Source: an uncultured Candidatus Saccharibacteria bacterium (lineage in GTDB: Bacteria > Patescibacteriota > Saccharimonadia > CAILAD01 > BJGX01). From it: a stretch of 64,000 nt of DNA. Position 1 is the stretch's first letter, and every line of letters begins with the position of its first letter. The stretch spans positions 61,324-125,323 of the forward strand of contig CAZSVP010000001.1 of NCBI GenBank assembly GCA_964610335.1, given 5' to 3'. A model generated the notes under the pieces. It was not told where the DNA came from and did no database searches. It saw nothing but the letters and a program-made list of their open reading frames with translations. Below, piece after piece: positions 47,875 to 56,350 of the stretch. The translations under genes and the position numbers were made by a program.

Positions 47875-48717
47875 CTAGATGGATTCAATTATCACTTTTG
47901 AATAGCCAGAGCTTTGAAGCTTTTTCCTTAACCCAGCCGAGGTTTCCTGTATTTGATCAAATGATGAGCCCTTTGGAACTATTGCGCAGCAAAGAATATA
48001 TTCACTGCTTGAAACCGCCCAAACATACAGATTCTTGACTTCTTTAACTCCAGGATCAGAGTAAATTGTATTTCGGACTTTCTCTAGGTCTACATCTGAT
48101 GGCACTCCTTCGAGGAAAATATTAGTAGCTTGTCGCAATATCCCAACGGCCGCGTACAGTAGCCCAAAGCCAACACCTATACTTATTACTGGGTCTATCC
48201 AGCTCTCGCCAGTAAACAATATAAGAATACCTGCAAACATACTCGCAATTGAAAAAATCATATCAAAAGCCATGTTTGTGTACGCGGCCTTTACGTTGAT
48301 GTCTGACTTATACTTCCTAAATAATAATGCCACTGTACCATTGGCAAAAATACCAATTAATGCCACCACTGCAATTATGCCACCCCTCACCTCTACCGGG
48401 TGAATTAATCGTTGGTAGGCTTCATAGAAGATAAATAATGATATAGCAACAAGGATAGTACTGTTTACAAATGCAGTTAGTACTTCAACACGGCCATGCC
48501 CAAGTGTGTGACTGGCATCGGCAGGCTTCTTACCAATTCGATTCCCCAACCACGAGATTACTAATGTTATCGAATCAGTTAAGTTATGTGTGGCATCGGC
48601 CAATAATACTAAGCTACCTGTAAGTAACCCAATCGTAAACTCAAATAGCATAAATGCAGTGTTAATAAAGAAGCCAAGTTTGAATCGATTGTTGATTGAC
48701 AGATCTTTTGCATGCAT
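47875..48717 (-). CDS. Cation diffusion facilitator (CDF) family metal efflux transporter
   Basis: Six TMs with HxxxD-type motifs (ADATHNLTDS, HTLGHGRVEVL) and a C-terminal cytoplasmic domain. Confidence 0.85.
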   Translation of the reverse strand: MHAKDLSINNRFKLGFFINTAFMLFEFTIGLLTGSLVLLADATHNLTDSITLVISWLGNRIGKKPADASHTLGHGRVEVLTAFVNSTILVAISLFIFYEAYQRLIHPVEVRGGIIAVVALIGIFANGTVALLFRKYKSDINVKAAYTNMAFDMIFSIASMFAGILILFTGESWIDPVISIGVGFGLLYAAVGILRQATNIFLEGVPSDVDLEKVRNTIYSDPGVKEVKNLYVWAVSSSEYILCCAIVPKGSSFDQIQETSAGLRKKLQSSGYSKVIIESI

Positions 48718-48873
48718 ACATATAGGATATCAGAGATTTAACATACGAACACTTACGCGACTGTTATTGTCTAAAGAGGACATCTCAAAGGTATGCCAGC
48801 AAAAGCAGGTACGTCTCGACTAAAATAATTCTCTCACAAGACCAGTTGAGCAATTCTTGATACTATTAAGACT

Positions 48874-49347
48874 ATGACTAAACTACTAATACTAGGTACA
48901 CAACTTGCAGGTAAAACTACCTTAGTTAAATATTTGAAGCAAAATACAGACTTGCCAGTAACCGAAATTGATAAAGAGATATTAATTCGGAATAACAATA
49001 CTTGGCCAAAAGACCGACATTATATAGAAAGCGTATTGTTTCCAGAGATAATCAGTCAGTTACTACAAAAAGAAGATATTATTGTTTTCGCGAGTTACTT
49101 GTCAAAAGACTATATTCACTTGTTGCGACAAAATGATTTTAAGTTATTCATACTCGAGATTAGTCGCGACGAAATTGCAAAAAGGAATCTAAAACGTGTC
49201 CAGGAAATAGAAAAAGATAATACATCCCAGTGGATAGTCGGCGAAATTGAATTACAGCAAGACATAGAGCGAGAAGGTATAGTCGATGGCTATCTAGATG
49301 CAGAGCAACCTACAATAACTATTGCTGAGAAAATATTAAAGTTATAA
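48874..49347 (+). CDS. P-loop NTPase, small kinase-like, 157 aa
   Basis: Walker A LILGTQLAGKTTL. Confidence 0.5.
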   Translation: MTKLLILGTQLAGKTTLVKYLKQNTDLPVTEIDKEILIRNNNTWPKDRHYIESVLFPEIISQLLQKEDIIVFASYLSKDYIHLLRQNDFKLFILEISRDEIAKRNLKRVQEIEKDNTSQWIVGEIELQQDIEREGIVDGYLDAEQPTITIAEKILKL

Positions 49348-49370
49348 CTTCCATTACCACCCGGAGCCAG
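49345..49370 (+). repeat. Copy B of the 26-nt direct repeat, TAACTTCCATTACCACCCGGAGCCAG. It overlaps the TAA stop of the P-loop gene.
   Basis: See copy A. It is followed 13 nt later by a terminator of the agaccc/gggtct family. Confidence 0.6.
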
Positions 49371-49383
49371 GGTAGTTATAATT

Positions 49384-49406
49384 AAAAGACCCAAAGGGGT
49401 CTTTTT
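49384..49406 (+). terminator. Rho-independent terminator (agaccc-aaag-gggtct plus T5)
   Basis: Hairpin plus T-run. Its T-run runs into the TGgTATAAT -10 box of the next gene. Confidence 0.55.
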
Positions 49407-49420
49407 GGTATAATACGCCT

Positions 49421-49630
49421 ATGCAAAGAACAGCTACAAAAGTATTTATCATTGCCTCGATTGCATTTGGTATTATTGGCATTTTAGTGGTTCTGACAGG
49501 ATCTGGTCCGGATAAACCGGATTCTATCTTGAGCGGAATACTTATAAAATTATTACTTGCAACCGTCTTTGTAATTCTGCCATCATTTGCCCTAAGTGTT
49601 GCGGGTAAATACCTGAACGGTAAAAAGTAG
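49421..49630 (+). CDS. Small membrane protein of 69 aa, probably expressed from a leaderless or near-leaderless mRNA
   Basis: Two TM helices. The TGGTATAAT extended -10 at 49406-49414 ends 6 nt before the ATG. Confidence 0.4.
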   Translation: MQRTATKVFIIASIAFGIIGILVVLTGSGPDKPDSILSGILIKLLLATVFVILPSFALSVAGKYLNGKK

Positions 49631-49685
49631 TTATTGTTTGCGTTAATTAGAAGAAAAAATACCTTACTAGTTTAATAAGGTAAGA

Positions 49686-50003
49686 TTATCGTGGTTTGGA
49701 CTGCCCACTTAGTATCCCTTGTATTGATGGGCTGATTGCTTTGTCGGTACGGTGGATGCAGCCTATCCAGCAGCAAGGTCGGCGTTTCCCCTCTTTCAGC
49801 TCAGCAACTGTACGCTTGATGTGGTCTTTTCTTGTAGCGTCTTGTTTAACGGAAATATTCCAGCAAATCCACTCGTTGCGTGCGAGCGGGGTAAGCCCTT
49901 GCCACTTCCCTAAAGCTGCTTTGTCAGACACCAAGGCTTTGCGTAGATCGGCAGGCATCTCATGCACAGTGCCGCCAAGTATTTCTTCGTTAGTCATAAA
50001 CAT
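49686..50003 (-). CDS. YdeI/OmpD-associated family protein
   Basis: LTPLARNEWICWNISVKQDATRKDHIKRTV matches the YdeI family. The start is placed at an internal Met to avoid overlapping the divergent gene. Confidence 0.5.
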   Translation of the reverse strand: MFMTNEEILGGTVHEMPADLRKALVSDKAALGKWQGLTPLARNEWICWNISVKQDATRKDHIKRTVAELKEGKRRPCCWIGCIHRTDKAISPSIQGILSGQSKPR

Positions 50004-50066
50004 ATCATATCCTAATTGGTACCAATTGGGAATTTGGTATGATGTAGTAAAGAAAGGATACAAATA

Positions 50067-50525
50067 ATGCAAAAAATCATCCCTAATCTATGGTTTAACC
50101 ACAATGCCCAAGAGGCAGTAGACTACTATCTATCAGTTTTTCCAGATGGCAAGGCACTATCTACAGAGTACTATCCAAAAAGTGAGGCAGAGGGCTTGGC
50201 TGACTTTCAAAAAGACCTGGCAGGACAGCCACTAGCAATTGAGTTTGAGCTCCACGGTATGCATTTTATTGCTATAAACGCTGGTCCAGAGTTTAAGTTC
50301 ACTGAAGCTGTTTCGTTTGCTGTCTACTGCAAGGATCAAGAAGAGATTGATTACTATTGGGGTAAGCTCTCGGCAGATCCTAAGTTTGAACAATGCGGTT
50401 GGTGCAAAGACAAGTTTGGTCTTAGCTGGCAGATAGTTCCCGACAATATAGAAGAGCTAATGAAAAAGCCTGGAGCTTACGCCAATATGATGCAAATGCA
50501 TAAGCTCGAAATAGATAAGTTCTAG
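50067..50525 (+). CDS. VOC-family (PhnB-like, glyoxalase-fold) protein
   Basis: IIPNLWFNHNAQEAVDYYLSVFPDG...FELHGMHFIAINAGPEFKFTEAVSF...KDKFGLSWQIV matches PhnB-like 3-demethylubiquinone-methyltransferase-like family members. Confidence 0.7.
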   Translation: MQKIIPNLWFNHNAQEAVDYYLSVFPDGKALSTEYYPKSEAEGLADFQKDLAGQPLAIEFELHGMHFIAINAGPEFKFTEAVSFAVYCKDQEEIDYYWGKLSADPKFEQCGWCKDKFGLSWQIVPDNIEELMKKPGAYANMMQMHKLEIDKF

Positions 50526-50544
50526 AGCTATTACTTATAGTAAT

Positions 50545-50934
50545 TTACTTCAGTCGAACCAATTCACCGCGACGCTTGACGATGTTCTGATAATCCCACT
50601 GGATTTGTCTAGACTTTTCAAGCCAGCGCTGAAGATCCGCTACGTTTACTTCATCGACACTTGTATAGCGTGCCTCGGCGGCCTTAAAACTACCCTCTGG
50701 TTTCAAGACATCTTCATCAAACGATTGACCACTCCAAAACAGCAACCTAACACAATCTTTGAGTACGTCATATCCAACTATTGGGTTGCCAGCCAAAAAC
50801 CAGACCGGCGCACCATGCCAGATCTTACTCTCCGCTCCATCTAAACCTTTGCTAATTTCACGAGCCAGCAATTCACATATTTCCTGCTCGTTTACTGTCT
50901 TACTGTCATTGTATGTTTGGATGTCTTTGTTCAT
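50545..50934 (-). CDS. DUF1801 domain protein (second copy)
   Basis: KIWHGAPVWFLAGNPIVGYDVLKDCVRLLFWSGQSF...VDEVNVADLQRWLEKSRQIQWDY matches the DUF1801 pattern. Confidence 0.55.
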   Translation of the reverse strand: MNKDIQTYNDSKTVNEQEICELLAREISKGLDGAESKIWHGAPVWFLAGNPIVGYDVLKDCVRLLFWSGQSFDEDVLKPEGSFKAAEARYTSVDEVNVADLQRWLEKSRQIQWDYQNIVKRRGELVRLK

Positions 50935-50966
50935 ATTGTTGGATATTATACTAAATATCACCAAGT

Positions 50967-51593
50967 TCATGTTGTTATAACAATCACTTCTCCATCGCTA
51001 ACAGCTTTGTACTTGATATTATGTTCGACGCAGTACTCTATACCTTTATCAATAGCATCAGACTCTGGATGGTTCGACTTATAGTGTGGCATAAAAGCAA
51101 AATCAACCAAGCCCAAACCCTCCCATATAACTTCATCCAACTCTGCATAAGGAGTTTTGGTAGCGTCACCTACAACTTGATAAGGCTTGAGTGATGGCGC
51201 AAGCACACAACCGGCCGCGCTATATCCCGAGTACAAAAAGTTGGCACGTGACTCATGCAAGTCCACAAGGATGTCATCTAGCCCACTAAGCTTCATTGCT
51301 TGTCGCAACACGAATACGTTTCCTCCCATCACAAAAACCGCGCCATATTCTAGTATCCTTGACTTAAGTAGTTCTTGGTTGCCAAAGTACTGTTTCAAAT
51401 CCAAGTTTTCCGCGTTCAAACCTATTTCTTTCAATCTCATCTTTTTATTTTCTATACTTTTTACAGTCATTTCATCATTGTCGACCCTAAAATCTAAAGC
51501 ATTTGGAATTATCCAAATATTATCAGTCGGGGCCATTTGTTTGATTTGAGCTTTCTTGTCACCAAACTTGAACGAGGATAAGTAAAACTTCAT
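50967..51593 (-). CDS. Peptidase S51 family protein (dipeptidase E/cyanophycinase-like, class I glutamine amidotransferase fold)
   Basis: VFVMGGNVFVLRQAMKLSGLDDIL and HESRANFLYSGYSAAGCV match the S51 catalytic-region pattern. Confidence 0.6.
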   Translation of the reverse strand: MKFYLSSFKFGDKKAQIKQMAPTDNIWIIPNALDFRVDNDEMTVKSIENKKMRLKEIGLNAENLDLKQYFGNQELLKSRILEYGAVFVMGGNVFVLRQAMKLSGLDDILVDLHESRANFLYSGYSAAGCVLAPSLKPYQVVGDATKTPYAELDEVIWEGLGLVDFAFMPHYKSNHPESDAIDKGIEYCVEHNIKYKAVSDGEVIVITT

Positions 51594-51661
51594 ATAGTTA
51601 TTCTAAACTGTAATCTTATTAACGGCATACATAGTTAGTAACATTTTGGTATGATACAGAT

Positions 51662-52012
51662 ATGTTAGACATAAGTTCGTACTATTCTAACTTGAATAGC
51701 CCCCAACAAGCCGAACTTGAACGAATCCGTAAGATTGCTACAAGCTTGGTTCCAGATACTGAAGAAGTAGTTAGCTACGGCATACCCACACTCAAGTACC
51801 TAGGCAAACCACTCATATACTATGCTGCGTTCAAGGACCATGTCAGTATCTTCCCGGCTTCTGACCCCATGGTAGAGGCTATCGGTGATAAACTCGGTAA
51901 GTATCGTACATCCAAGGGAACTTTTCAGTTTCCCTACGATCAGCCTATCTCAGAGGATTTATTGAAAGCAATTGTTAACTATCGCAAAAACGAGATCGAT
52001 TCTAAAAAATAG
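51662..52012 (+). CDS. DUF1801 domain protein (third copy)
   Basis: VSYGIPTLKYLGKPLIYYAAFKDHVSIFPAS matches the DUF1801/YdhG core. Confidence 0.6.
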   Translation: MLDISSYYSNLNSPQQAELERIRKIATSLVPDTEEVVSYGIPTLKYLGKPLIYYAAFKDHVSIFPASDPMVEAIGDKLGKYRTSKGTFQFPYDQPISEDLLKAIVNYRKNEIDSKK

Positions 52013-52058
52013 CTAACAAAACTATCATTTTCCGCCCAACAGTAGTAATGTGTAAGCA

Positions 52059-52490
52059 ATGACTCTTCACAAACTAGTACTCTCCAAATCAATAGGTTGC
52101 CTCAATACTTGCGACAACAATTGCAATCCTTCTGGTGCCTCGGTGTTCTACGCCACACACCATGACAAGCTTTATATACTAACCCACGAGGACAGTCTAA
52201 AGGTAAAACATATTAAGTCAAACCCCAATGTGTGCATGGTGATTGTAGATGACACTTACTACAAGCAGATGCAGTTATACGCTACAGCTAAGATAGCCAA
52301 CGACACAGGGAAGTACTTGCCACTAATCAAACAAGTAATGGCCGAGCACTCCGAGAAGTCTGACTCCGCTATCCCCTACACTGAGATTACCACTGAAGGA
52401 ACAGCACCCGTAATAATAGAGCTCACGCCCAAGCACGGCAAATATTTCGAGTCTGGTCAAGGTATAGTAGAAGAATCTTACACCAACTAA
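52059..52490 (+). CDS. Pyridoxamine 5'-phosphate oxidase-like (FMN-binding split barrel) family protein
   Basis: The architecture and the VFYATHHDKLYILTHEDSLKVKHIKSNPNVCMVIVDD segment fit the PNPOx-like/general stress protein 26 family. Confidence 0.45.
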   Translation: MTLHKLVLSKSIGCLNTCDNNCNPSGASVFYATHHDKLYILTHEDSLKVKHIKSNPNVCMVIVDDTYYKQMQLYATAKIANDTGKYLPLIKQVMAEHSEKSDSAIPYTEITTEGTAPVIIELTPKHGKYFESGQGIVEESYTN

Positions 52491-52494
52491 AACT

Positions 52495-52653
52495 ATGGCA
52501 ATTCAACCGATTTGTGATAAATGCCACCAAAAGCTCCAGGAGTTTGGAGCCTTGTTATTCAGCCCACCTGACGACAGTAGCAACGTCAAGAAGTTCCATC
52601 TCTGCAAAAATTGCTATCAAGAATTACATTCTGAAATTGATTCCGATAAATAG
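52495..52653 (+). CDS. Small zinc-ribbon protein of 52 aa (CxxC...CxxC)
   Basis: MAIQPICDKCHQKLQEFGALLFSPPDDSSNVKKFHLCKNCYQELHSEIDSDK. Two Cys pairs spaced 26 aa apart. Below the ORF-track cutoff. Confidence 0.3.
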   Translation: MAIQPICDKCHQKLQEFGALLFSPPDDSSNVKKFHLCKNCYQELHSEIDSDK

Positions 52654-52701
52654 TTTTTGACACTGGTCCCAAACTGAAACTGATTCTGATATAATCCAGA
52701 T

Positions 52702-53169
52702 ATGAAGAAACCAGTTATTATTACTTTTGCGGTTATAGTGATTGCTCTAATAGTCGCTGTCATTTGGTTTTTTGCGCCTAAGACGAGCCAGTACTCTCCA
52801 CAGAGCAGTACATCTGAATCTACCACAACATCACAGGCAACCTCTACTTCATCAAGCACACAGCCAGGTAAATATGTTGATTACACAGAAGACATTATTG
52901 CCTCTACAAAAGGCACCAAGATTCTGTTCTTTCATGCTCCGTGGTGCCCACAGTGTAAGGCCCTCGACTCAAGCATCAGGTCTGGCAATATTCCAGATGG
53001 TGTTACTATCATCAAAGTCGACTATGACAGCAGCCAAAAGCTTAAGCAAAAGTACGGCGTAACTGTTCAAACCACATTGGTTAGTGTAGATGACGCCGGC
53101 AATCTTATAAAGAAATATGTTGCTTATTCAACCCCTAGTCTGGAAGCTCTAATCAAGAATATTCTCTAG
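52702..53169 (+). CDS. Membrane-anchored thioredoxin-like protein (thiol-disulfide oxidoreductase)
   Basis: N-terminal TM. Active-site motif FHAPWCPQCKAL. 155 aa. Confidence 0.75.
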   Translation: MKKPVIITFAVIVIALIVAVIWFFAPKTSQYSPQSSTSESTTTSQATSTSSSTQPGKYVDYTEDIIASTKGTKILFFHAPWCPQCKALDSSIRSGNIPDGVTIIKVDYDSSQKLKQKYGVTVQTTLVSVDDAGNLIKKYVAYSTPSLEALIKNIL

Positions 53170-53172
53170 TCA

Positions 53173-53892
53173 ATGCCACTAATACTAATAGCATTTCTGG
53201 CAGGCATACTCACAGCTCTTGCGCCATGCGTATTACCCATAATTCCTGCAGTAGTGGGTGGATCTGTGGGCGGCAAGCAGGATCGCAAAAAACCATATAT
53301 CGTAGTGATCTCCCTGTTTATTTCGATTGTACTATTCACGCTTCTACTGAAGGGTAGTACTTTGCTAATCCGGATACCCGATAGTTTTTGGGTGTATCTA
53401 TCTGGATTAATAATAGTCTTCTTTGGTCTCACGCTTGTATTCCCTCAACTTTGGGACAAACTAACTGCTCGATTCAATATATACGGGCGTTCGCAAAAGG
53501 CGCTAGGAAGCGCTTACCAGCACAAGGGTTTCTGGGGAGCTGTCCTAATAGGTGCAGCCCTTGGGCCTGTGTTCTCTAGTTGTAGCCCTGTTTACTTATT
53601 TATACTCTCTACTGTACTTCCGGGAAATTTCATATCTGGGCTAATACACATCATGGCCTATGCACTTGGTCTATGTTTGGTGCTACTACTAGTAGGTATA
53701 TTTGGCCAGAAGTTAATTAACAAGTTCAAGTGGGCGAGCAACCCATACGGATGGTTTAAGCGCAGTCTAGGTATATTACTAGTTATCGCGGGACTACTAA
53801 TAATTACAAGGCTTGATCGGCAAATTCAACAATTTGTGATAGATAGAGGCATACTCGACATCACCCAAGTCGAACAAAAACTTCTCAAATAA
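53173..53892 (+). CDS. ccdA: Cytochrome c biogenesis CcdA/DsbD-type transmembrane electron transporter
   Basis: Six TMs, with the conserved Cys in TM1 LAPCVLPIIPAVVG and in TM4 FSSCSPV. Confidence 0.8.
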   Translation: MPLILIAFLAGILTALAPCVLPIIPAVVGGSVGGKQDRKKPYIVVISLFISIVLFTLLLKGSTLLIRIPDSFWVYLSGLIIVFFGLTLVFPQLWDKLTARFNIYGRSQKALGSAYQHKGFWGAVLIGAALGPVFSSCSPVYLFILSTVLPGNFISGLIHIMAYALGLCLVLLLVGIFGQKLINKFKWASNPYGWFKRSLGILLVIAGLLIITRLDRQIQQFVIDRGILDITQVEQKLLK

Positions 53893-53932
53893 GTTACAAT
53901 ATTGGTCAAAAGTTGCTATAGTACTACCAATT

Positions 53933-54886
53933 ATGCATCATGTAGTGTCAGTCAAACAGTTCCTCAACACCAATTTGCTAGATGATCTATTTGCCAGTGC
54001 CGATCGGTTTCGCGATATCAAAGACGACCAATATCCAGATATTCTCCGTAATAAGATTATTGCTCATCTGTTCTACGAGCCCTCCACCAGGACTCGTTTT
54101 TCGTTTGAAGCAGCTACATTGCGACTGGGTGGCAAAGTGATCTCGACCGAGAATGGCTCGGAGTTTAGTAGTGCTAGCAAGGGAGAAACGCTCGAAGATA
54201 CCATCCGCACCGTTAACTGCTACGCCGATGGCATAGTCATGCGGCATCCTCAGGTTGGATCTGCCAAAGCTGCAGCCCTGGTGTCTGATGTGCCGGTTAT
54301 CAATGCCGGTGATGGTGGTGGCGAGCACCCCACCCAAGCGCTACTCGACATGTATACTATCAGCAGAGCCAAGAAATCGCTCGACGGTTTAAACATTGGT
54401 CTAGTCGGTGACTTACGTTACGGGCGCACTGTGCATTCATTGATATATCTACTGGCAGAGTATGGAGCGTCTATTACATTTATTGCACCAGAAGATTTGC
54501 AAGTACCTGTCGCCTACACCAAATACCTCGATACCAAAGACGTTAAGTATCAACTCGTGAGCAACTGGGATAAGTCGATTGGCGATCTCGATGTAATATA
54601 TATGACTCGCATCCAAAAAGAGCGCTTTGAGCATGCTGCCGAGTATGAAAGACTCAAACATAGCTTTGAGCTCAATAAGAGCGTTATGGGGAGAGTTAAG
54701 AAAGATGCTGTCGTAATGCATCCTCTGCCTCGCGTCACGGAGATAGCACCAGAGATCGATGATGACCCTCGCGCTATCTACTTCCAACAAGCCAAAAACG
54801 GTCTATTTGTACGCATGGCTTTGCTCGAGATGCTGCTCACTCCTGCGATCGATAAGCTGCCACTTGGTGATTTGCAGGCAGTGTAG
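53933..54886 (+). CDS. pyrB: Aspartate carbamoyltransferase catalytic subunit
   Basis: STRTRFSFEAA carbamoyl-phosphate binding motif and HPTQALLD. 317 aa. Confidence 0.9.
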   Translation: MHHVVSVKQFLNTNLLDDLFASADRFRDIKDDQYPDILRNKIIAHLFYEPSTRTRFSFEAATLRLGGKVISTENGSEFSSASKGETLEDTIRTVNCYADGIVMRHPQVGSAKAAALVSDVPVINAGDGGGEHPTQALLDMYTISRAKKSLDGLNIGLVGDLRYGRTVHSLIYLLAEYGASITFIAPEDLQVPVAYTKYLDTKDVKYQLVSNWDKSIGDLDVIYMTRIQKERFEHAAEYERLKHSFELNKSVMGRVKKDAVVMHPLPRVTEIAPEIDDDPRAIYFQQAKNGLFVRMALLEMLLTPAIDKLPLGDLQAV

Positions 54887-54887
54887 A

Positions 54888-56339
54888 CTACTTGGCTTGG
54901 TTGGCTGCTAAGAAGTTTTTAACTGAGTCACACATCGCTTGATCGATCATCCCCTCACGAAGCAAGGTGTCTAGCACGACATCAAATGTCAGCACGGCGT
55001 GTAGCTTATACCCTTTCTTGGAAAGAATCTTACTAGCTCCTTGTTGTCGATCGAGTAGTACCACTACGTCCTTTACTTTTAGACCCTCTTTTTCAAATGG
55101 AGCGATTACCTCGAGTTTGCTGGCACCATTGGTGGTCATATCATCAACCACTACAATTGTTTCGCCTGAGCTATACTCTCCCTCAATCATCTTCTTGGTG
55201 CCATAGTCTTTGGCTTCTTTGCGAGTATAAATCCATGGTTGGTTGTTCTCTGATGACGTAGCCGCTACAAGCGGTAGCGCTGCGTATGGCACTGCCGCCA
55301 TGCGATCATAACTAACCGATCGTAGTAGACCGGAATAGGCTTTGGCAACCTGTTTCAACTCATCTGGATAGGATACCAATATGCGTAGGTCTAGATAAAT
55401 TGGCGATATGATGCCGCTTTTGAGTGTAAATTCGCCAAATTTAATGGCGCCAATTCTATGTAGAGCTAGCACCAACTCTGTATGACGGTATTTGTTGATC
55501 TCACCACGCAGCTTTTCAGTTTCAACTCGAGCAGCTTCGGCAAAGTCATCACCATCACTGGCAAAAATGATACTACGGCTGGAATTGATGATCATACCGT
55601 CACCGTAATTATTCACTCCAGCTCGTACAGTAGCTTCAATATCTCCACCCTGAGCGCCCACACCAGGAACAAGAAATGTCATGTCGTCGCCCACCATCTC
55701 ACGAATCTCCTTCATCTCTTTGGGATAAGTTGCCCCCACCACCAGTAGACAATTATTATTCACATTCCATTTATCGTGTACATTTTGAGCAACTGTTTGA
55801 TACAATCTCTGACCGTTGGCTTCAAGATCCTGAAACTCAGCAGCACCAGAATTGGAAGTACGACAAAGTACTATGATGCCTCGATCCTTATACTCTAAGA
55901 ACGGCTCGATTGCCTCACGGCCCAAATATGGATGGACTGTAACGGCATCGACATCGAGATACTCAAAGATAAATTTGGTATAGCCAGTGTTGGTATTACC
56001 TATATCAGCTCGCTTAGCATCTAATATCACTGGGATTCCAGGATACTTGTCGTGGATATAGGCTACAGTCTTCTGAAGCTGCTCGATGCCGCTTGGCCCC
56101 TCGGCTTCATAAAATGCCGAGTTGGCCTTGTAGGCACAGACTAAGTTTGCCGTGGCGTCGATGATTGCACAGTTAAACTCATACATTGGCTCTTTGGAGC
56201 TCTTAAACTTGCTTGGTAATTTCGATAGTTCACTATCCAAACCGACACAAACTAGCGAGTTATTCTGTGCTACACTGGTTGCAAGACGAGTTTTGAAATC
56301 CATACATTCAAGCATATAGATCGCATAACTAGGAGGCAA
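54888..56339 (-). CDS. pyrFE: Bifunctional orotidine 5'-phosphate decarboxylase (N-terminal, type 2) and orotate phosphoribosyltransferase (C-terminal): a PyrF-PyrE fusion
   Basis: N-terminus LVCVGLDSELSK...DAKRADIGNT is the type-2 OMPdecase. C-terminus GEFTLKSGIISPIYLDLR...VVVDDMTTNGASKL is the PRPP-binding site of OPRTase. 483 aa. Confidence 0.8.
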   Translation of the reverse strand: MPPSYAIYMLECMDFKTRLATSVAQNNSLVCVGLDSELSKLPSKFKSSKEPMYEFNCAIIDATANLVCAYKANSAFYEAEGPSGIEQLQKTVAYIHDKYPGIPVILDAKRADIGNTNTGYTKFIFEYLDVDAVTVHPYLGREAIEPFLEYKDRGIIVLCRTSNSGAAEFQDLEANGQRLYQTVAQNVHDKWNVNNNCLLVVGATYPKEMKEIREMVGDDMTFLVPGVGAQGGDIEATVRAGVNNYGDGMIINSSRSIIFASDGDDFAEAARVETEKLRGEINKYRHTELVLALHRIGAIKFGEFTLKSGIISPIYLDLRILVSYPDELKQVAKAYSGLLRSVSYDRMAAVPYAALPLVAATSSENNQPWIYTRKEAKDYGTKKMIEGEYSSGETIVVVDDMTTNGASKLEVIAPFEKEGLKVKDVVVLLDRQQGASKILSKKGYKLHAVLTFDVVLDTLLREGMIDQAMCDSVKNFLAANQAK

Positions 56340-56350
56340 GCATTAGCACA

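Noticed and set aside
50967-51593. Considered the S51 peptidase as a cyanophycinase partner of the ATP-grasp operon
   Set aside because: It is 41 kb away, on a separate transcription unit, with no linkage evidence. Reported only as an S51 family member.
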